From contig MU004238.1 in NCBI GenBank assembly GCA_010405405.1, positions 1,561,530 through 1,625,529 of the forward strand: a stretch of DNA of 64,000 bases. Direction: 5' to 3'. Both the position numbers and the translations under genes were made by a program. This document shows positions 60,705 to 64,000 of this stretch, piece by piece (position 1 is the stretch's first letter; the number at the start of each line of letters is the position of its first letter). Source of the DNA: Microthyrium microscopicum. Lineage: Eukaryota. The notes under the pieces were generated by a model. The model did not search any database, was not told the DNA's origin, and was given only the letters and a program-made list of their open reading frames with translations.

Positions 60705-61401
60705 GATCGTCTATCCGTTAGTATCCGAAATCAAACTATGTTCCGCCGATTGTTTGATCAGGTTTATGCTAGAGGAGTGATTTAGTGATCGGATTCGGAT
60801 ATTCTAAGGGTAATCCGTCAAAGCATGTCAATCGAAAGGATACTTCTTAGCCCGACCTCTTCCAATTTGTCTCCAGTTTTCTCGATGAGGTTGCAGACCT
60901 TCAAATGTTGTCGCCCTCAAGCATGTGACGAGTTCTAATAATATCCTTCGGTTCCAAGCGGTGCACTACCTTAGACTCGTAGAGGATCTCCCGTACGTTC
61001 GTAGTATCGTGATTCGTACTGATCCTACTACACAATACCCGGGAATAGACCTCATGACATCGTCGTGGCTACTAATGAATAAATAATGCCTCATCCTTGA
61101 GAGCAAATACCGCACATGTATCAATGGACGCTTCCGTAAACCTAAAGGTACAATAATGAGGAGTTGGAGGTGTAGTTAATCCTTGTTTACGTCACTTTTC
61201 TCTTGTAGGCGCAGCCAAAGAGTGGCCGTATTCCCGAGATGGAAGGGTTGAAGTGTGGCTGTCACCGCGACGTAATCGCCCCCCTTGTTGGCCCAGCCAA
61301 AAGGAAAATGATTCGAGTGATAATAAACGGAAATCGTTCACTTGTTGGTTCGGGTTGATGCTCGTTTGCCAAATCCATCTCCAACATCCAACTTGTTCAC
61401 C

Positions 61402-64000
61402 ATGAAGGCTTCAAAAGAAGCCATAGCTAACTTCCGGGTCGTTGCTACCGATGCTGATGAGAAGACTGCCTCTCGGTTTTTGGAGGTAAGTTTCACTAGA
61501 AGAAAAGGCGAAAATATATCAAGCCTTTTACATTGATGAAAAACATTTGCTAACCATTTACGAAGGGCTCGAATACTCTGGATGAAGCTGTGAGCGAGTA
61601 TCTTGAAAATCCGAATAAATACTCTCAAGCATCAGCACCTTCATATAATCAACCGAAATCGATGGGACTATCCAGTAAAGAAAAGCAAAAGCCTAATCAC
61701 CCTCCTCCAGCGTATGCCTCTGTTACAAGGAGCGCTCCAGGACATCTAACTCATACGAATGAAGTCATTCAAGCTGGCCATGTTCGAGCTCAAGACGAAG
61801 TATGATATTTCTTGACCCTATAAAATAAATCACTAATAATACCATAGCAACAAATGCAAATGCTTCTGCAGCAAATACAATTCGCATACGGCATCTACAA
61901 CAGCGACATCGAGCCAGAGCATGATACCGACTTTTACTGCAACTGTGAAATACATCAGTACCAAAGAAGAAAGTGGGCTAGACTAGGAGTTCAAGAAAGA
62001 TGGTCAAAAGCAGTGATGTATCCAGGTTAGCGAAACACAGCCTATCATATCTATCTTGGATCCAAGCTAACTTGGTACTTTGCGACTGATTAGGAGAAAG
62101 ATCTTACCATGACTGTTATCAGGCAACCATGTTCAGCGGCAATCCATATCAGAATCGCATTGTCTCGCCATATGCCATGATGGGTGCAGGTGGAAGTATG
62201 TTTATGAACGGCTACGGGAGACAAAGGCCTAGTGCAAGATTCTACAGCATGTCGGTAGAGCAAACGATAAGGCTTAACAGTTCGCTCAACAACAAGGCGC
62301 AGGCTGCCGTGGATGCGCTGGAGCCAACATATAACATCTGGAAAATGGACGAAGTGGAGTCAGGGATGGCTTCGTTGTCTATTGACACTCCCAGCTCAGG
62401 CTTTCCCAAGGAAAAGAACGAAATATCTGAGAAGGGTATCAACGAGAAGCGACAGAGTGTTGCAGGATCAATTATGAGTGGCAATGGAGAAGGACCCAGC
62501 ACCGGAAATTCCAAGCCATCCAAATTTTCTGGGTTAAAGAAAGCTTTCAACATCAAATCTTCTGAAGAAAGGGCGGTTGCCAAGGTAGAAAAGGTCAAGA
62601 ATCGGGGTCGACAGCTAAGAGACGAGATTCTTAGAGAAGAACAAGGCCGATGGCCTGATCAAGAGTGGCGACGTATCGTATCAGAATATCAGGAGCATAT
62701 TGGCATGACACGCAAAGTATCGGACCTTCGAGCTCGTCAACCTCTGCAATACCTGCACCTTCTCCGAGCTGGATATTTTGAGCCTATTCCTGTAGCATGG
62801 GCCAAGTTGGCCTCGAATCCATTGAAATTCAGCATTGAAGCGGCTAGTGGCTGGCGAGGTATAACACCCGCATGGCGAGGATACGAAGATACTGCCGAAG
62901 AGAGATTATACTGGTGCCTTAATCATCGCGAGGGAACGGCTGGTACACGATTAAAGCCCGACATGATCTCAGCTTTAAACATGGCAAGGGCCAGAATGGC
63001 TTCCGCAGTTGAAGCTCCGCCGCTGTACTTTGCTGCCGACGATACATGTCATACTCAACACACTTCGGAAGGATACTCGAAGCAGGTGATGCCACCTCCA
63101 TTCCGAGCGTTCGATGCGATCGAAACGGCATCGGACGACACCATGATCCTACTGGTAAGATTTTCCCGTCCCAAATCACAATCCTTGACGACATTCGTGG
63201 TGTTAGCTCCGATGGTAATTTTATACTAACAACTACTAGGATGTTTCTGGGTCAATGGATTTCGATCCGCTACGGTGAGTCTTCCTCCTGCAAAGATATA
63301 CTGTTTTCCTTACCATCGCTTGTTATGGCTGCTATAAAACGCGATGGCTACCCAAAATGCGATACATTTCGTGCTGAAAGAACAAATGGCCTCATACTGA
63401 CGAATGCCAGGCCAAACTATGATCAGTATCTAATCACTGGATACTCGAAATCCACACAGCCCAAGAACAAAGGTGAGTCTGCGATGGTCAAGCAGTAAGT
63501 ATGAGTATGTTACTGACCTTTGCCCTAGATGTTGCCAAAGCAATCATTCGACGATTCACTGATGCCATGATCAACCATGACCACAATGGCCGAGGATACG
63601 AATTAGTCACATTTGCCACTCAAGCCAACTACATAGGATGCGTTAACCACCAGAATCTTGACGCTATGTGGAGCAACGTCAGGATCGGAGGAGGAACCAG
63701 AGTGATGACGGGCTGGCAGCAGGCTAAAGAGTTACATTTTCAGAAGCATTCAGCCTCTGCCACACATCATCCCGTTTATGGATGGCAGGCCGGACCCGAA
63801 ACGCCCATTCTCAGACTGCTTGTTCTCTTGGATGGAGAAGCAACAGACATGGACGAGTTCGAGCTTGATCTCCTGAGTCTTTCATGGGTACACGTTACCA
63901 TCTTCTTGATAGGAGTAGATGGGTGCCCACATCATCATAGGCACGCGAATGAGTTGCAGCGGATCAGCGAGGTCAATCACCATGTGTCTTTTGTTGATGC
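61402..64000 (+). CDS. UBA-like plus von Willebrand A (VWA) domain protein, multi-exon, 3' end beyond window
   Basis: N-terminal IANFRVVATDADEKTASRFLE|GSNTLDEAVSEYL (UBA-like). Introns 61486-61565, 61800-61847, ~62026-62093, 63155-63239, ~63275-63410 and ~63473-63528 keep frame. MIDAS LLDVSGSM, GGGT and LLVLLDGE. Confidence 0.75.

Overview
Gene-dense genomic DNA of a filamentous ascomycete (Pezizomycotina-like; short GT-AG introns of about 50 nt with CTRAC/CTAAT branch sites). About 22 mostly housekeeping protein-coding genes: Cdc25-type Ras-GEF, TRAP-alpha/Irc22-like, CCCH zinc-finger protein, F-box protein, Ski3, Rsa3, Eco1, ASPM/Sha1-like, UCH37-like DUB, CYP52-like P450, Pom152, Sec14-like, FBXO21-like, Vps71, a DUF2434-like membrane protein, a USP, Alb1, PXMP2/Mpv17, a SprT-like/BTB-like protein, a spliced hydrophobin-like gene only partly seen by the ORF track, and a UBA-like/VWA gene running off the window. 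The standout is a ~6 kb gap with no credible gene between two convergent genes (40006-46042). It holds a ~1.85 kb array of about 30 regularly built hairpins (41970-43817). Their stems differ in sequence but keep pairing through compensatory changes and G-U wobbles on the + strand, while the loops fall into a few fixed classes (11 copies of GCACTCGA). The array is flanked by cUUCGg tetraloops, a 19-bp minisatellite and small ATTTCAGA-loop hairpins. This looks like a modular structured non-coding RNA (or single-stranded nucleic-acid element) that I do not recognise. All family assignments are from motif recognition by eye; no database search was run.
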